Numbered from the stretch's first letter, positions 47,694 to 57,176 are shown. The stretch is 64,000 bases of DNA from Terriglobales bacterium (GCA_035252015.1 DATFDP010000044.1:788-64787), one strand, 5' to 3'. The notes: generated from the sequence alone by a model not told the origin. Program-made: numbers and translations.

Positions 47694-48533
47694 GTGCAGT
47701 TGAAGCTCTACCGCACAACTCAGGGCGCATTCGTTGAAGAAGCCGGCGGCTATTATCGGCTATCGGCGCTCGCGACCGCGGAAGAATGGGACAGCCTCGT
47801 TTGTGACCTCAATTTAAAAGCTCGCGCCGGCGCGGCCGTGAAGGAGAATTCCTTGGCGAAATTGGATCCCGCAACCATTCTCGCTCCGGTCGGCAACCAG
47901 GAGGTCTGGGCTGCGGGAGTCACTTATTACCGCAGCCGCAAAGCTCGCATGCAAGAGAGCAAAGAAGCAGGAGGCGGAGATTTCTACGATAGGGTCTACA
48001 CTGCTGATCGGCCGGAGTTGTTTTTCAAAGCCGCTGGATGGCGCGTCGTCGGGCCCGGCAATCCTGTGCGCATCCGCTCCGACGCCAAATGGTCTGTGCC
48101 CGAGCCTGAGTTGACCCTTCTAATCAATGCCGCCGGCGATCTTGTTGGTTGCACCGTTGGCAACGACATGAGCTCACGGGACATTGAAGGCCAAAACCCG
48201 CTTTACTTGCCTCAGGCCAAAGTTTATGACGGCAGTTGTGCGCTCGGTCCTTGCGTGCTGCTTTCGTCACAAACGCCATCTGATAGCGGCATCCGGCTGG
48301 AAATAGCACGCCAAGGCAAGGCTGTGTTTTCTGGAAGCACGTCAATTTCGGAGCTTAAGCGCGATCCCAAGCAACTGGTGGAGTTTCTTTTTCGCGATCA
48401 GAGTTTCCCCCAAGGCGTGTTTCTAATGACGGGAACAGGGATTGTCCCTGGCGACGATTTCACTCTGCTGCCCGGAGACATAATACGCATCGCGATTGAC
48501 GGCATCGGGGTCCTCGAGAACCACGTTGCATAG
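47694..48533 (+). CDS. Fumarylacetoacetate hydrolase (FAH) family protein
   Basis: 279 aa with a GTG start. FAH-type C-terminal domain ([30 protein letters not shown]...GTGIVP...[16 protein letters not shown]). Confidence 0.75.
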   Translation: MQLKLYRTTQGAFVEEAGGYYRLSALATAEEWDSLVCDLNLKARAGAAVKENSLAKLDPATILAPVGNQEVWAAGVTYYRSRKARMQESKEAGGGDFYDRVYTADRPELFFKAAGWRVVGPGNPVRIRSDAKWSVPEPELTLLINAAGDLVGCTVGNDMSSRDIEGQNPLYLPQAKVYDGSCALGPCVLLSSQTPSDSGIRLEIARQGKAVFSGSTSISELKRDPKQLVEFLFRDQSFPQGVFLMTGTGIVPGDDFTLLPGDIIRIAIDGIGVLENHVA

Positions 48534-48585
48534 AATGTCGTTCCGGGGCGCATTCCTGAATTCTGGCGCTCCACTTGACTTGACC

Positions 48586-49779
48586 TCAAAGCAGTGCTCC
48601 CTTGTCAGCGAGCACATCCCTATAAAGCCTATCCAAGTCTTTGAGTGCTTCGTGGCACTTCCTCTCACCTCGCATAAACAGACGAACGGGCGTCTGTGCC
48701 AGGGTCTGCAGATGCTCGAAACCGGCAAAGCGAGGGCGCAACCACGCCTCCTCCAGCACGGGAAGTGTCGCTGCGAAGTAGCCGTTGGTTAATTGGTTGG
48801 CGTGTGGATCGAGCCATGCCGCTCTGCTGGCGGGCTGTCCTCCAGACTCCACATACAGAGTCCGTTGGCATTGTTGCCCAGCAAGCCACAAAGCATATTC
48901 GAGAGCAACATCGCGATGCTTGCACGTTTGCGAAATGGCCAGCCCCGCTCCGCCCAGAGTCGCTCCCGCAGGCCCTCGGCCACTCGAAGCTATGCAACCG
49001 AAGGAAACCAGATTTTTGCGATAACCTTTTCTCGCGTAATTGGAATAGCCAAATGCTAATGGGCAGTAAGCGATCTCATCCGTAGAAGCCATGCGTTCCC
49101 AGATCGCTATTGGGTTGGCGGACAGCGCTGCTTCCACCGAACATTCAGCCAAAGCACGCAGCCGACTGAGGGCTTGCTGTCCGATGTTCTCGGACACCAC
49201 CCTTGCGCTGGACGCAAATGGAGGTTCGCTTAAGTTGGCGCAAAGGGTGAAGAAGCACATCACTGAATCCAGGGGCGAAAGAGCGGCGGACACAAAACCT
49301 TGCCGGACTTTCGCCAAATGGAATACCTCTTCCCATGTTTGCGGCAACTTTAGCCCAGCGGCCTCGAGAAGGTCTGGCCTGTATCCGGCAACCTGGGCCG
49401 CCGCGTCAATGGGAAGGGCCCATAGGTGGCCCTGGAAGCAGTAGCTCTCATAAGACAGGCCCACGCTGTCCTGTTTGAATTCCTGGAGCTGAGCGGCCGT
49501 GAAGTGCTCGTCAAGCGGCAGAAAGCACGCTGCGCGCGCCACTTGCCCCATAAAGGGATGATCTATGACAACCAGATCATACTTCGCCGCAAACACCTCG
49601 ACAGAAGCCTCGCCGAATTCCTGCAGGCTGCGCGTTTCCCACTCGATCGTAACCTCGGGACGGCGCTCGCTGAATTGGCGCGCTGTCGCCATCAGCGGCG
49701 CGAGCCCGCGGTCATGCTTCCAGGTGAGGCCACGCAGAGTGGCCGCCGTTTTACCCTGCATCTTGCGCAATGACTCCAT
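48586..49779 (-). CDS. Solute-binding-protein-fold (SBP family 1-like) protein without a signal peptide
   Basis: LRGLTWKHDRGLAPL...YDLVVIDHPFMG...HLWALPIDAAAQV resembles sugar-type ABC SBPs. There is no hydrophobic leader or lipobox after either candidate ATG (49779, 49761). Its 5' end overlaps the upstream CoA-transferase 3' end. Confidence 0.55.
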   Translation of the reverse strand: MESLRKMQGKTAATLRGLTWKHDRGLAPLMATARQFSERRPEVTIEWETRSLQEFGEASVEVFAAKYDLVVIDHPFMGQVARAACFLPLDEHFTAAQLQEFKQDSVGLSYESYCFQGHLWALPIDAAAQVAGYRPDLLEAAGLKLPQTWEEVFHLAKVRQGFVSAALSPLDSVMCFFTLCANLSEPPFASSARVVSENIGQQALSRLRALAECSVEAALSANPIAIWERMASTDEIAYCPLAFGYSNYARKGYRKNLVSFGCIASSGRGPAGATLGGAGLAISQTCKHRDVALEYALWLAGQQCQRTLYVESGGQPASRAAWLDPHANQLTNGYFAATLPVLEEAWLRPRFAGFEHLQTLAQTPVRLFMRGERKCHEALKDLDRLYRDVLADKGALL

Positions 49780-50962
49780 CACGCACAAGCCGTTCAATGT
49801 CGCTGTCCGGATACCCGATCTCTCTGAGGATTTGTCGGCTGTGTTCGCCCAGCAAGGGAGGTCTCTTGATGCTCGACGGCGTGCGGCTGAAGCGGATGGG
49901 TGGCCCGATGGTGCGAAATTGCTTCGCTTTGGGATGCTCGAAACTGACCACAATCTGGTTGTGCCGGACTTGCGGGTCGCCCTCCAAGGCGGGGAAACTG
50001 TTCACCGGCGCTGCCCAGATATCTGCCTCCATAAACATCTCCATGAGCTCGGCCGTGGTTTTGCGTGCGAAGCCCGGTTCCAGCTTTCGCTTCACTTCGT
50101 CGCGGTTCTCTAGCAGATTTCTTGAATCGTTATCTCCGAATCCTTCTATGCCCACTAGCTCCGCAACTTTTCCAATGGGCATCATGGCCACAACGATGTA
50201 TCCGTCGCGTGTCCGGTAAACCCCCATGGGAGCGCCAACGCAGGGGTGCCCGATTCCCGCTGCGCTGCGCTCCGGCTCGGAATGTGTATTGAAGTAGAGC
50301 GTTACTTCTTGCGTCGCCAGGCTCAGGATCGAGTTCAGCAGGTTAATGTCAATTCGCTGGCCTTCGCCGCTGCGGTTGCGATGGTAAACTGCGGCCAAAA
50401 TCGCGCTGACAATGTGAAACGAAGCCGTCAGGTCCGCAATCCCCATGCCCACCGGGCTTGGAGGATCGCCCGCCTTGCCGTTCAAATAGAGAACTCCGGC
50501 CATGGCCTGCGCCAGCAGGTCTTGTCCAGGCCGGGTCACATAAGGACCGTCCTGCCCCCAGCCGCAGCTTGCGCAGTAGATCAGTTTTGGGTGAACGCTG
50601 GACAGAAACTGATATCCGAGTCCAAGCCGATCCATTACGCCCGGTCGAAAATTCTCCAGCAGAACATCGCTGGACTGGACGATTTTGAGTGCCGCCTCCT
50701 TGCCCAGCGGATGTTTCAGGTTCAGCGCAATGCTTCGTTTTCCCCGGTTAAACGTAAGGAAGGAGACGCTTTCGCCGTCAATATAGGCGTCTTTCAATGA
50801 CCAGTTGCGCTGCCAATCCCCATGGAGCGGTTCGATCTTAACTACGTCCGCGCCCATGTCAGCCAGCATCTGCGTCGCATTTGGCCCTTGAACAAGCTGG
50901 CTGAAATCAGCGATCCGCAATCCTTCTAAAGCTCCACTCAATTGTGTCTCCTCTGCATTCAC
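49751..50962 (-). CDS. Family III CoA-transferase (CaiB/BaiF/Frc type)
   Basis: LRIADFSQLVQGPNATQMLADMGADVVKIEP N-terminal signature. GDPPSPVGMGIADLTASFH contains the expected Asp region. 403 aa. Confidence 0.85.
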   Translation of the reverse strand: MNAEETQLSGALEGLRIADFSQLVQGPNATQMLADMGADVVKIEPLHGDWQRNWSLKDAYIDGESVSFLTFNRGKRSIALNLKHPLGKEAALKIVQSSDVLLENFRPGVMDRLGLGYQFLSSVHPKLIYCASCGWGQDGPYVTRPGQDLLAQAMAGVLYLNGKAGDPPSPVGMGIADLTASFHIVSAILAAVYHRNRSGEGQRIDINLLNSILSLATQEVTLYFNTHSEPERSAAGIGHPCVGAPMGVYRTRDGYIVVAMMPIGKVAELVGIEGFGDNDSRNLLENRDEVKRKLEPGFARKTTAELMEMFMEADIWAAPVNSFPALEGDPQVRHNQIVVSFEHPKAKQFRTIGPPIRFSRTPSSIKRPPLLGEHSRQILREIGYPDSDIERLVRDGVIAQDAG

Positions 50963-50965
50963 GCC

Positions 50966-52777
50966 TCAGCCCGCGACGGGTTGTGCCAGCGAAGGGTGTA
51001 ACTCGCGCACCAGGCCTGCCTCTGCATCAAGAATACGTTGAATCATCGCCAGTCGGTCGCGCCCGGGCACAAACTCAAGCTGCCGGATTGCAAACGGATC
51101 AATCTCTTCCCGCATCAGGCGCAACTCCTCTTTTGACGGCAGCTCAGTTTGTGGGAGCGGTTGCGCAATCAGAAACTCGCCGCTCGTTTGGGACCGAACG
51201 GATTCGAGCGCAATGCCGGGATGAATGCTGACCAGGCGAAAGCGTCCCTCTTCCGGGTCCAAATTAAAGATTCCAAGATCGCTGATGAGCCGCACCTTGC
51301 CGGGTTGCAGCCCAGCCGTCTTGCGTTCCTCATCGCTGAGCAAGCCCCGCGACGCCGTGCAAAACTCCACTGCCTCGATGAAACGTTCTGGCGAATGTCG
51401 TGTTAGATACAAAACGAAATTCTTGTGCAGGTTGGCCACGTCTGCCATGCCTCCCTGCCCGGGCAGTCGCAGCACTTTACCTCTATTTGTGATCCACGCA
51501 TTGTTCGTGCGGCCATGCACATCAATTTGGGCGACGGTAATCACCTCGTGAGTTATGCGGCCCTGTTGATAATACCAGTGATACGTTTCATCCCCTCCCC
51601 AGCACACCTTCGCGCTGCCAAATTCGAGCGGCTCCGCTAATGTGAGCGACATCGGGTGGAAGTCGATATCAATGAAGCCTCCGTTGAGAGCGATGATCGT
51701 CAACTGCGGCGCGTGGGTCTTCTTGGCCAGCAGATACGAAACCATCGCCAGCGGAGACACAGAACCCACGGAGCAGATGCTGGAATTGTCGTATTCGCGC
51801 GCTAAGCAGGCGACCATGAGTTCATCTATGGTCCAGGGCGAACCGGGCGGCGTAGCGCGATGAGTTGACAGAACACCTTGCGTGAGAGCTGAGGTGCGCG
51901 TCCGTGCGCAGGCGGAAAGGAATGTTTGCCTGGACGGATCCGGTTCCCTTTGCAGCACGCTTCCTTCGAATTGCCTGGTGCTCAAGTTCGAAGTCACAGA
52001 TTGTGTTTTCGAACTTCGGCGGCGCTGTTCCCCTTCGACGTAGTGCAACAGTTCCTGATAATCCGTGGAGTAGTAGGGCAGGCAAGACGTCGGATACGCC
52101 CCCCAGGGCACTTCCGCGACGGCGGTAACAAATTCCCTGGGCAAAATGAACGAGCGCGGCGCGTCTCCGAGTGAGCCCATGGTGGCGATTTGCTCCACCG
52201 TTACCAGCACCTTCCTCGCAGCGCCTAGTAAGCTGAGGTCGAAGCCCCGGGACCCTTGGATTTCAATGTTCCCAGCATCGTCCGCGCGCTGGGCGTGCAG
52301 CAGCAATGCCTCGATATCAAGCCGGCGAGCCTGTCCTATCGGCAGGTTTGAAAAAACTGAGGAACTCTCCTTCCAGAACTTCCCGCTTTTCATCAAATCC
52401 GAACCCAGGGGAAGCTGAAAGGGCATTTCCGGCAGGTTGAAGTGGGCCGCGTGCAGCGCCTGGGCCATGGCCAAAGCAGTCCATTCTTCAATTTCAATTC
52501 TCTTGCTCTCCAGCGCGTCGCGGAACCGGGGGGCGAGCCCAAAAACATCCAGGCTGGAAAAACAAAATATCAGCTTGCGGACAGCATTGGCTTCCAGGAA
52601 AAGCTCCAGCGGCAGTCCGCCGCCCCAGCTGATAAAAACAAAGTTCTTCTTTCCCTTGGCTAGAATTCGCTTGATTAAGGCGATCGGAAGACGGGACAGA
52701 TGGACTCCTCCGATTCCCAGTCGGCTACCCTCTGGAACCATCTCTGCCAATTCGTCCAAGGTTACGATGCTGGCCAT
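50966..52777 (-). CDS. Fused alpha-beta class-I-CoA-transferase-like protein (GctA/GctB-like halves joined by a low-complexity linker)
   Basis: Alpha-like half GSRLGIGGVHLSRLPIALIKRIL...; S/T/R/Q-rich linker (about aa 250-312); beta-like half SVGSVSPLAMVSYLLAKKTHAPQLTIIALNGGFID...LPGQGGMADV...LRLMREEIDP. ATG at 52777 lies 22 nt after the upstream SDR stop. Confidence 0.65.
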   Translation of the reverse strand: MASIVTLDELAEMVPEGSRLGIGGVHLSRLPIALIKRILAKGKKNFVFISWGGGLPLELFLEANAVRKLIFCFSSLDVFGLAPRFRDALESKRIEIEEWTALAMAQALHAAHFNLPEMPFQLPLGSDLMKSGKFWKESSSVFSNLPIGQARRLDIEALLLHAQRADDAGNIEIQGSRGFDLSLLGAARKVLVTVEQIATMGSLGDAPRSFILPREFVTAVAEVPWGAYPTSCLPYYSTDYQELLHYVEGEQRRRSSKTQSVTSNLSTRQFEGSVLQREPDPSRQTFLSACARTRTSALTQGVLSTHRATPPGSPWTIDELMVACLAREYDNSSICSVGSVSPLAMVSYLLAKKTHAPQLTIIALNGGFIDIDFHPMSLTLAEPLEFGSAKVCWGGDETYHWYYQQGRITHEVITVAQIDVHGRTNNAWITNRGKVLRLPGQGGMADVANLHKNFVLYLTRHSPERFIEAVEFCTASRGLLSDEERKTAGLQPGKVRLISDLGIFNLDPEEGRFRLVSIHPGIALESVRSQTSGEFLIAQPLPQTELPSKEELRLMREEIDPFAIRQLEFVPGRDRLAMIQRILDAEAGLVRELHPSLAQPVAG

Positions 52778-52799
52778 GCCCACCTTGTGCGAGGAATTC

Positions 52800-53576
52800 T
52801 CATTCCGGCAGGACTGAACAGGAGACGCCGCCATCAATCGCGAGGCACTGTCCGGTAACCCAGGAACTTTCATCGCACGACAGATACAACGCGCCCCAGG
52901 CGACGTCGATGGGCTGTCCGATTCGCCCTAAAGGGTGCATCCGCTCCCAGGAGCGCCGCAAATGTTCTGGATTGGGAACACGTTCCAATACGTGAACATT
53001 CATTGGCGTATCAACCGTTCCCGGGGCAATGCAATTCACGCGAACTCCATAGCGTGCGTACTCCCGCGCCAGCTGCCGGGTCAAGCTGATGACTCCGCCT
53101 TTGCTGGCCGCGTAGTGCGGATATCCTGGAAACCCGAACAATCCCTGCACCGATGCAATATTTACAATCGCGCCCCCCTTGGCTGCCATCATTCCGGGTA
53201 ACACGTGCTTGGCGCAAAGAAACATGCTGGTTAAGTTCACGTTCAGTATCCGGTCCCAATCCGCGAGGTCGAGAAGATGGGCCGGCGCTTCATGGGCGAT
53301 GCCGGCCACGTTGGCCAGAACGTCAATCGCGCGTCCAAATTCTTCCTGTGCCGCTGCTACCGCGCCCTTCACTTCCGCTTCCACGCTTACATCCGTGCGG
53401 CGGAAAATGCATTTCCCTCCTGCCTTCCGAATCTCTTCCGCCGTTGCCTTCCCGGCCTCGGTATTGATATCGGCCGCAACCACCTGCGCGCCTTCCTGCG
53501 CGAATAACGACGCAATCCCCTTTCCAATCCCCATCGCAGCGCCCGTTACCAGGGCCACGCGGCCTTTCAGGCGCAC
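52800..53576 (-). CDS. Short-chain dehydrogenase/reductase (FabG-like SDR)
   Basis: VALVTGAAMGIGKGIA (TGxxxGxG), NIASV, YAASKGG (YxxxK). 258 aa with a GTG start. Confidence 0.85.
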   Translation of the reverse strand: MRLKGRVALVTGAAMGIGKGIASLFAQEGAQVVAADINTEAGKATAEEIRKAGGKCIFRRTDVSVEAEVKGAVAAAQEEFGRAIDVLANVAGIAHEAPAHLLDLADWDRILNVNLTSMFLCAKHVLPGMMAAKGGAIVNIASVQGLFGFPGYPHYAASKGGVISLTRQLAREYARYGVRVNCIAPGTVDTPMNVHVLERVPNPEHLRRSWERMHPLGRIGQPIDVAWGALYLSCDESSWVTGQCLAIDGGVSCSVLPE

Positions 53577-53688
53577 AAGACCTCCCTCTCTGCGAAACTC
53601 GCGCGACAGAACCTATCACAAAGCGCGACCGTCATTCAACGAAGAACCCTGAAAGGTTTGTTCCTTCAGAATAAATTCGATTTTTGCT

Positions 53689-53711
53689 GGTCCAGAATCT
53701 GGCTCTGGACC
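53689..53711. promoter_or_regulatory. Inverted repeat GGTCCAGA-N7-TCTGGACC in the divergent SDR/RhaT-family intergenic region
   Basis: Read directly (ggtccagaatctggctctggacc). It lies 66 nt upstream of the RhaT-family ATG. It could be an operator or a small hairpin. No regulator is assigned. Confidence 0.3.
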
Positions 53712-53776
53712 GTTTCTCGGATTGACAGTGCCGCGCACCGAGTATATACAGAGTCTCTCGCCCGACTTCCATACAG

Positions 53777-54832
53777 ATGACAGCCATCCAGACTTCACTC
53801 CTCGGATCATCCGGCGCTGCTACGCTGGCCCTGGGCGCGGGGGTGCTGAACGGAAGCTTCGCCACACCCACCCGTTTCATGGCTCGCTGGAAATGGGAAA
53901 ATGTGTGGGCGCTTTGGGCGCTGTTGGCCCTGTTCGTCCTTCCCTGGACCGTAGCTTTTGTCACCGTTCCGCACCTGATCGCGGTTTACCAGGCTGTGGA
54001 AGTCCGCCACGCTCTCTTCCTCGTGCTGGCATTCGGAGCCGGTTACGGGATCGCCGCCATCTGTTTTGGTTTGGGAATCGAGGCCATCGGCATTGCCTTG
54101 AACTTCGCTATCGCCCTCGGAACCGCCACTGCCGTGGGTTCTGCAATTCCCCTGCTTTGGTTTCACTCCGCCTCGGTCTTCACGCGTCAGGGGATCGTCA
54201 TCGAGATTGGCATTGCCATCATTATTGCCGGCATTGTGTTTTGCGGAATTGCGGGCCGGGCCAAGGAGCGGGATCAAGCCCGGCAGTTGAACGCAACCAA
54301 AGCTCTGCGTTCATCTGCTTTCGCCAAAGGCTTGGCTCTGGCCATCGTTGCTGGAGCCGGATCTGCACTGCAAAATCTCGGCCTTGCCTTTGGCGTTCCC
54401 CTTCTTCACCGGGCGGCTGAACTGGGAACCGCACAAAGCTATCAGGCGAACGCCATTTGGGCCCCGCTGCTTTCGGCAACATTCATTCCCTATTTGCTTT
54501 TCTGCGTCTGGCTCTGGAGAAAGAATCACAGCTGGCCGCTCTTCTTCACGCCGAACACTGCACTTCATTGGCTCTCTGGTCTTCTTATGGGTGCCCTCTG
54601 GTTTTCCAGCATCGTCATTTACGGAGCGGCAGCCGCGCGAATGGCTGATATGGGCCCGGTTCTGGGATGGCCCTTGTTCATGTCTGCCATCATCCTCACT
54701 TCCAACGTGTGGGGCTTCGCGGTCGGCGAATGGAAGGGCGCGGCTCGCGCATCTCTCATTACCATGTTTGCCGGTATTGGCGGTCTCATCCTGGGCTTTT
54801 GTACTTTGGCTTGGTCTTCACGTTTGGCGTAG
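53777..54832 (+). CDS. L-rhamnose-proton symporter (RhaT) family transporter
   Basis: About 10 TM segments. N-terminal GAGVLNGSFATPTRFMARWKWENVWALWAL resembles the RhaT-family N-terminus. Confidence 0.7.
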   Translation: MTAIQTSLLGSSGAATLALGAGVLNGSFATPTRFMARWKWENVWALWALLALFVLPWTVAFVTVPHLIAVYQAVEVRHALFLVLAFGAGYGIAAICFGLGIEAIGIALNFAIALGTATAVGSAIPLLWFHSASVFTRQGIVIEIGIAIIIAGIVFCGIAGRAKERDQARQLNATKALRSSAFAKGLALAIVAGAGSALQNLGLAFGVPLLHRAAELGTAQSYQANAIWAPLLSATFIPYLLFCVWLWRKNHSWPLFFTPNTALHWLSGLLMGALWFSSIVIYGAAAARMADMGPVLGWPLFMSAIILTSNVWGFAVGEWKGAARASLITMFAGIGGLILGFCTLAWSSRLA

Positions 54833-54849
54833 TTTCGCGGATCCTGACT

Positions 54850-55806
54850 ATGAAAACTGGTTTACGGCAGAAACACAGTTCTGGGAAACAAGGGCCGATT
54901 GAAGTTGTGGCGGATTATGGAAATTTGTGTGGCGAGGGTCCCCTGTGGGACGACCAGAAACAGATCCTCTACTGGACCGATATAGACGGCAAAAAATTTT
55001 ATCGGCTTCTCTGGAAGGAGCACCGGCATGAGCTTGTGCACGACGGATTTCAAGTCAACGGCGCCTGCCTGCAGCAAAACGGTGGTTTTCTTGTGACCAA
55101 TAGCAGTGGAGTATGGCTGTGGAGCCCGCCATCAAAGCCCATGCTGCTGGCCTCGGAAGCGGAAGGCCAGGAATGCGTGTTAAACGACTGCATCGCCGAT
55201 CCAGAGGGGCGTGTCTACTCCGGTTCCTACCATTACATCCCCGGCGGTGTTGCTGCCCCGAGCTTTTTGTTTCGTATTGACAACGATGGCTCGGTTCACA
55301 TCGCCGACGAGGGCATCCAGTTTTCTAACGGATTGGCATTTTCCCCCGATTGCGGCACGCTCTATTTTTCAGATTCGGTTGCGCGCTGCATTTACGCTTA
55401 CCAGTGGCATCGCGAAACTGGAAGCTTGAGCAATCGGCGGGTTTTCATTCGGCTCCCGCGTGAGCAGGGCTTCCCTGATGGATTGACCGTGGATGCTGAG
55501 GGCTTTATCTGGTGCGCGCATTGGTTTGGCGCCTGTATCACGCGCTATGACCCGGATGGAAAACTGGAACGACGGATAGCTATCCCGGCAACCCAGACCT
55601 CTTCCCTGGCTTTTGGTGGGCCGGATTTGAACGTGATCTTTGTTACCTCGGCATCCCTGAACAATATGCTGGAGGAAGCCCCGCCGGGCTACGACCCGAA
55701 CAGAGTTTTTGTGGGCGGGCGCTTATATCAAATGAGCTCCGACGTCCAGGGCAGAAAGGAATATCGGTCGCGAATTCGGGCTCACGCCGATTCCAAACCG
55801 CTTTAA
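54850..55806 (+). CDS. SMP-30/gluconolactonase/LRE-family lactonase
   Basis: CGEGPLWD, YWTDI, NDCIADPEGRVY, SNGLAFSPD and PDGLTVDAEGFIWCA are typical six-bladed-propeller lactonase blocks. ATG at 54850 was checked; the ORF-track start at 54667 overlaps the transporter. Confidence 0.8.
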   Translation: MKTGLRQKHSSGKQGPIEVVADYGNLCGEGPLWDDQKQILYWTDIDGKKFYRLLWKEHRHELVHDGFQVNGACLQQNGGFLVTNSSGVWLWSPPSKPMLLASEAEGQECVLNDCIADPEGRVYSGSYHYIPGGVAAPSFLFRIDNDGSVHIADEGIQFSNGLAFSPDCGTLYFSDSVARCIYAYQWHRETGSLSNRRVFIRLPREQGFPDGLTVDAEGFIWCAHWFGACITRYDPDGKLERRIAIPATQTSSLAFGGPDLNVIFVTSASLNNMLEEAPPGYDPNRVFVGGRLYQMSSDVQGRKEYRSRIRAHADSKPL

Positions 55807-56063
55807 ACTCAAGTTCCGGTCGCAACTTAACATTGCACACTCACCTGCGCCATGAAAGGACTTGCCGAAGTCGCCGAGAGCCCGAGACTACCAGCTCAAA
55901 AGTTTAGGTGGCGCGGTTTGACCTTGCTGTGCCAAAGAGCCTAAGATACCAGCCCCAATGCCGCCTCCGGAAAGGCGCGGTGCCGCATACTTATCAGGGC
56001 GGTGCGCCAGGGGAATACGTGGCGGCATTATTTGTCACCGAGGACAGTAAAGGAGAGATTCTC

Positions 56064-56996
56064 ATGGCCTTCTGTACAAATTGTGGTGCGGCAGTGGCTC
56101 AGCCGTCACAGTTTTGCGCCAGCTGCGGCAAGCCCCTTGGAGCGACGGCGGCTCCAGCGTCCGGCGGGGCAGCGGCCGCCTCAACCGGCACTGCGCCGGT
56201 TGTCGCCAGGCCGGTTCCCCCTGCAAATTCGGGTACGCCGCAGAACCGTATCACCGGCACCACCATGCCGGTTCTGGAATTCATGCTCCAGCCCAATGAT
56301 GCCATCATCTCTGAAGCTGGAGAGCTGTCCTGGATGGGAAGCTCCATTCAGATGACCACGCACACGCAATTCGCCGGCGGCGGAGGATTATTCGGCGTGC
56401 TGAAGCGCGTGGCCGGCGGAGGCTCCATCTTCATGACCGAGTACCGGGCGGTGGGCGCTCCCGGGGAACTCGCCTTCGCCACCAAACTCCCGGGACATAT
56501 CGTACCCGTCGAAGTGTCGCCGGGATGCGATTACATGATTCATCGCCACGGTTTTCTCTGCGCCACCTCTCAGGTGCAGATATCGGTCGGCTTCCAACAA
56601 TCTCTGGGTGCAGGCGTCTTCGGCGGCGACGGTTTTCTGCTGCAAAAACTCGGTGGGCAAGGAACGGCCTGGCTGGAACTTTCCGGGGAACTGGTCACGC
56701 GCGATCTTCAGCCGGGTGAAACCCTGCGCGTTCATCCCGGTCATGTCGGAGCGTTTCAGGCGACCGTTTCCTTTCAAATCACGACCGTTCCGGGCATCAA
56801 GAACATGATCTTCGGCGGCGATGGAATCTTTCTCGCCGCTCTCACCGGGCCGGGAAGGGTATGGCTGCAGACTTTGCCCGTCGCTAAGCTGGCTCATGCC
56901 ATCGAGAAATATCTGCGCCGCGAAAACACCCGACAGACGGCAGAGGCCGGCGCAGTGGGAGGCATTGTTGGGTCCATTCTGGAGGGCATGCGTTAA
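56064..56996 (+). CDS. AIM24/TIGR00266-family protein with an N-terminal zinc-ribbon
   Basis: MAFCTNCGAAVAQPSQFCASCGKPLG (CxxC...CxxC), an A/P-rich linker, then an AIM24-like body (FMLQPNDAIISEAGELSWM..., GDGFLLQKLGGQGTAWLELSGELV). AAGGAG lies 9 nt upstream of the ATG at 56064. Confidence 0.7.
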   Translation: MAFCTNCGAAVAQPSQFCASCGKPLGATAAPASGGAAAASTGTAPVVARPVPPANSGTPQNRITGTTMPVLEFMLQPNDAIISEAGELSWMGSSIQMTTHTQFAGGGGLFGVLKRVAGGGSIFMTEYRAVGAPGELAFATKLPGHIVPVEVSPGCDYMIHRHGFLCATSQVQISVGFQQSLGAGVFGGDGFLLQKLGGQGTAWLELSGELVTRDLQPGETLRVHPGHVGAFQATVSFQITTVPGIKNMIFGGDGIFLAALTGPGRVWLQTLPVAKLAHAIEKYLRRENTRQTAEAGAVGGIVGSILEGMR

Positions 56997-57176
56997 GCAA
57001 CAACGGAGATCTGACCGTCGGCCGCTAGGCACTTAACGGTTCTTTCGGCGGATCCATTGTGCAATCTGGCTGCACTTGGCCCTGGAAAACTGCCCCAGCA
57101 GCAGAGCTTGAGAAGTCTTGACTGAAGAAGCGAGTCTCTCGCAACCAGGCGAGTTCCTCTCAAAATTGGAACGCAT

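Noticed and set aside
57117-57130. The 14-mer cttgactgaagaag is repeated at 57117-57130 and 63047-63060.
   Set aside because: Several exact 14-mer coincidences are expected by chance in 64 kb. The flanks share no further similarity.
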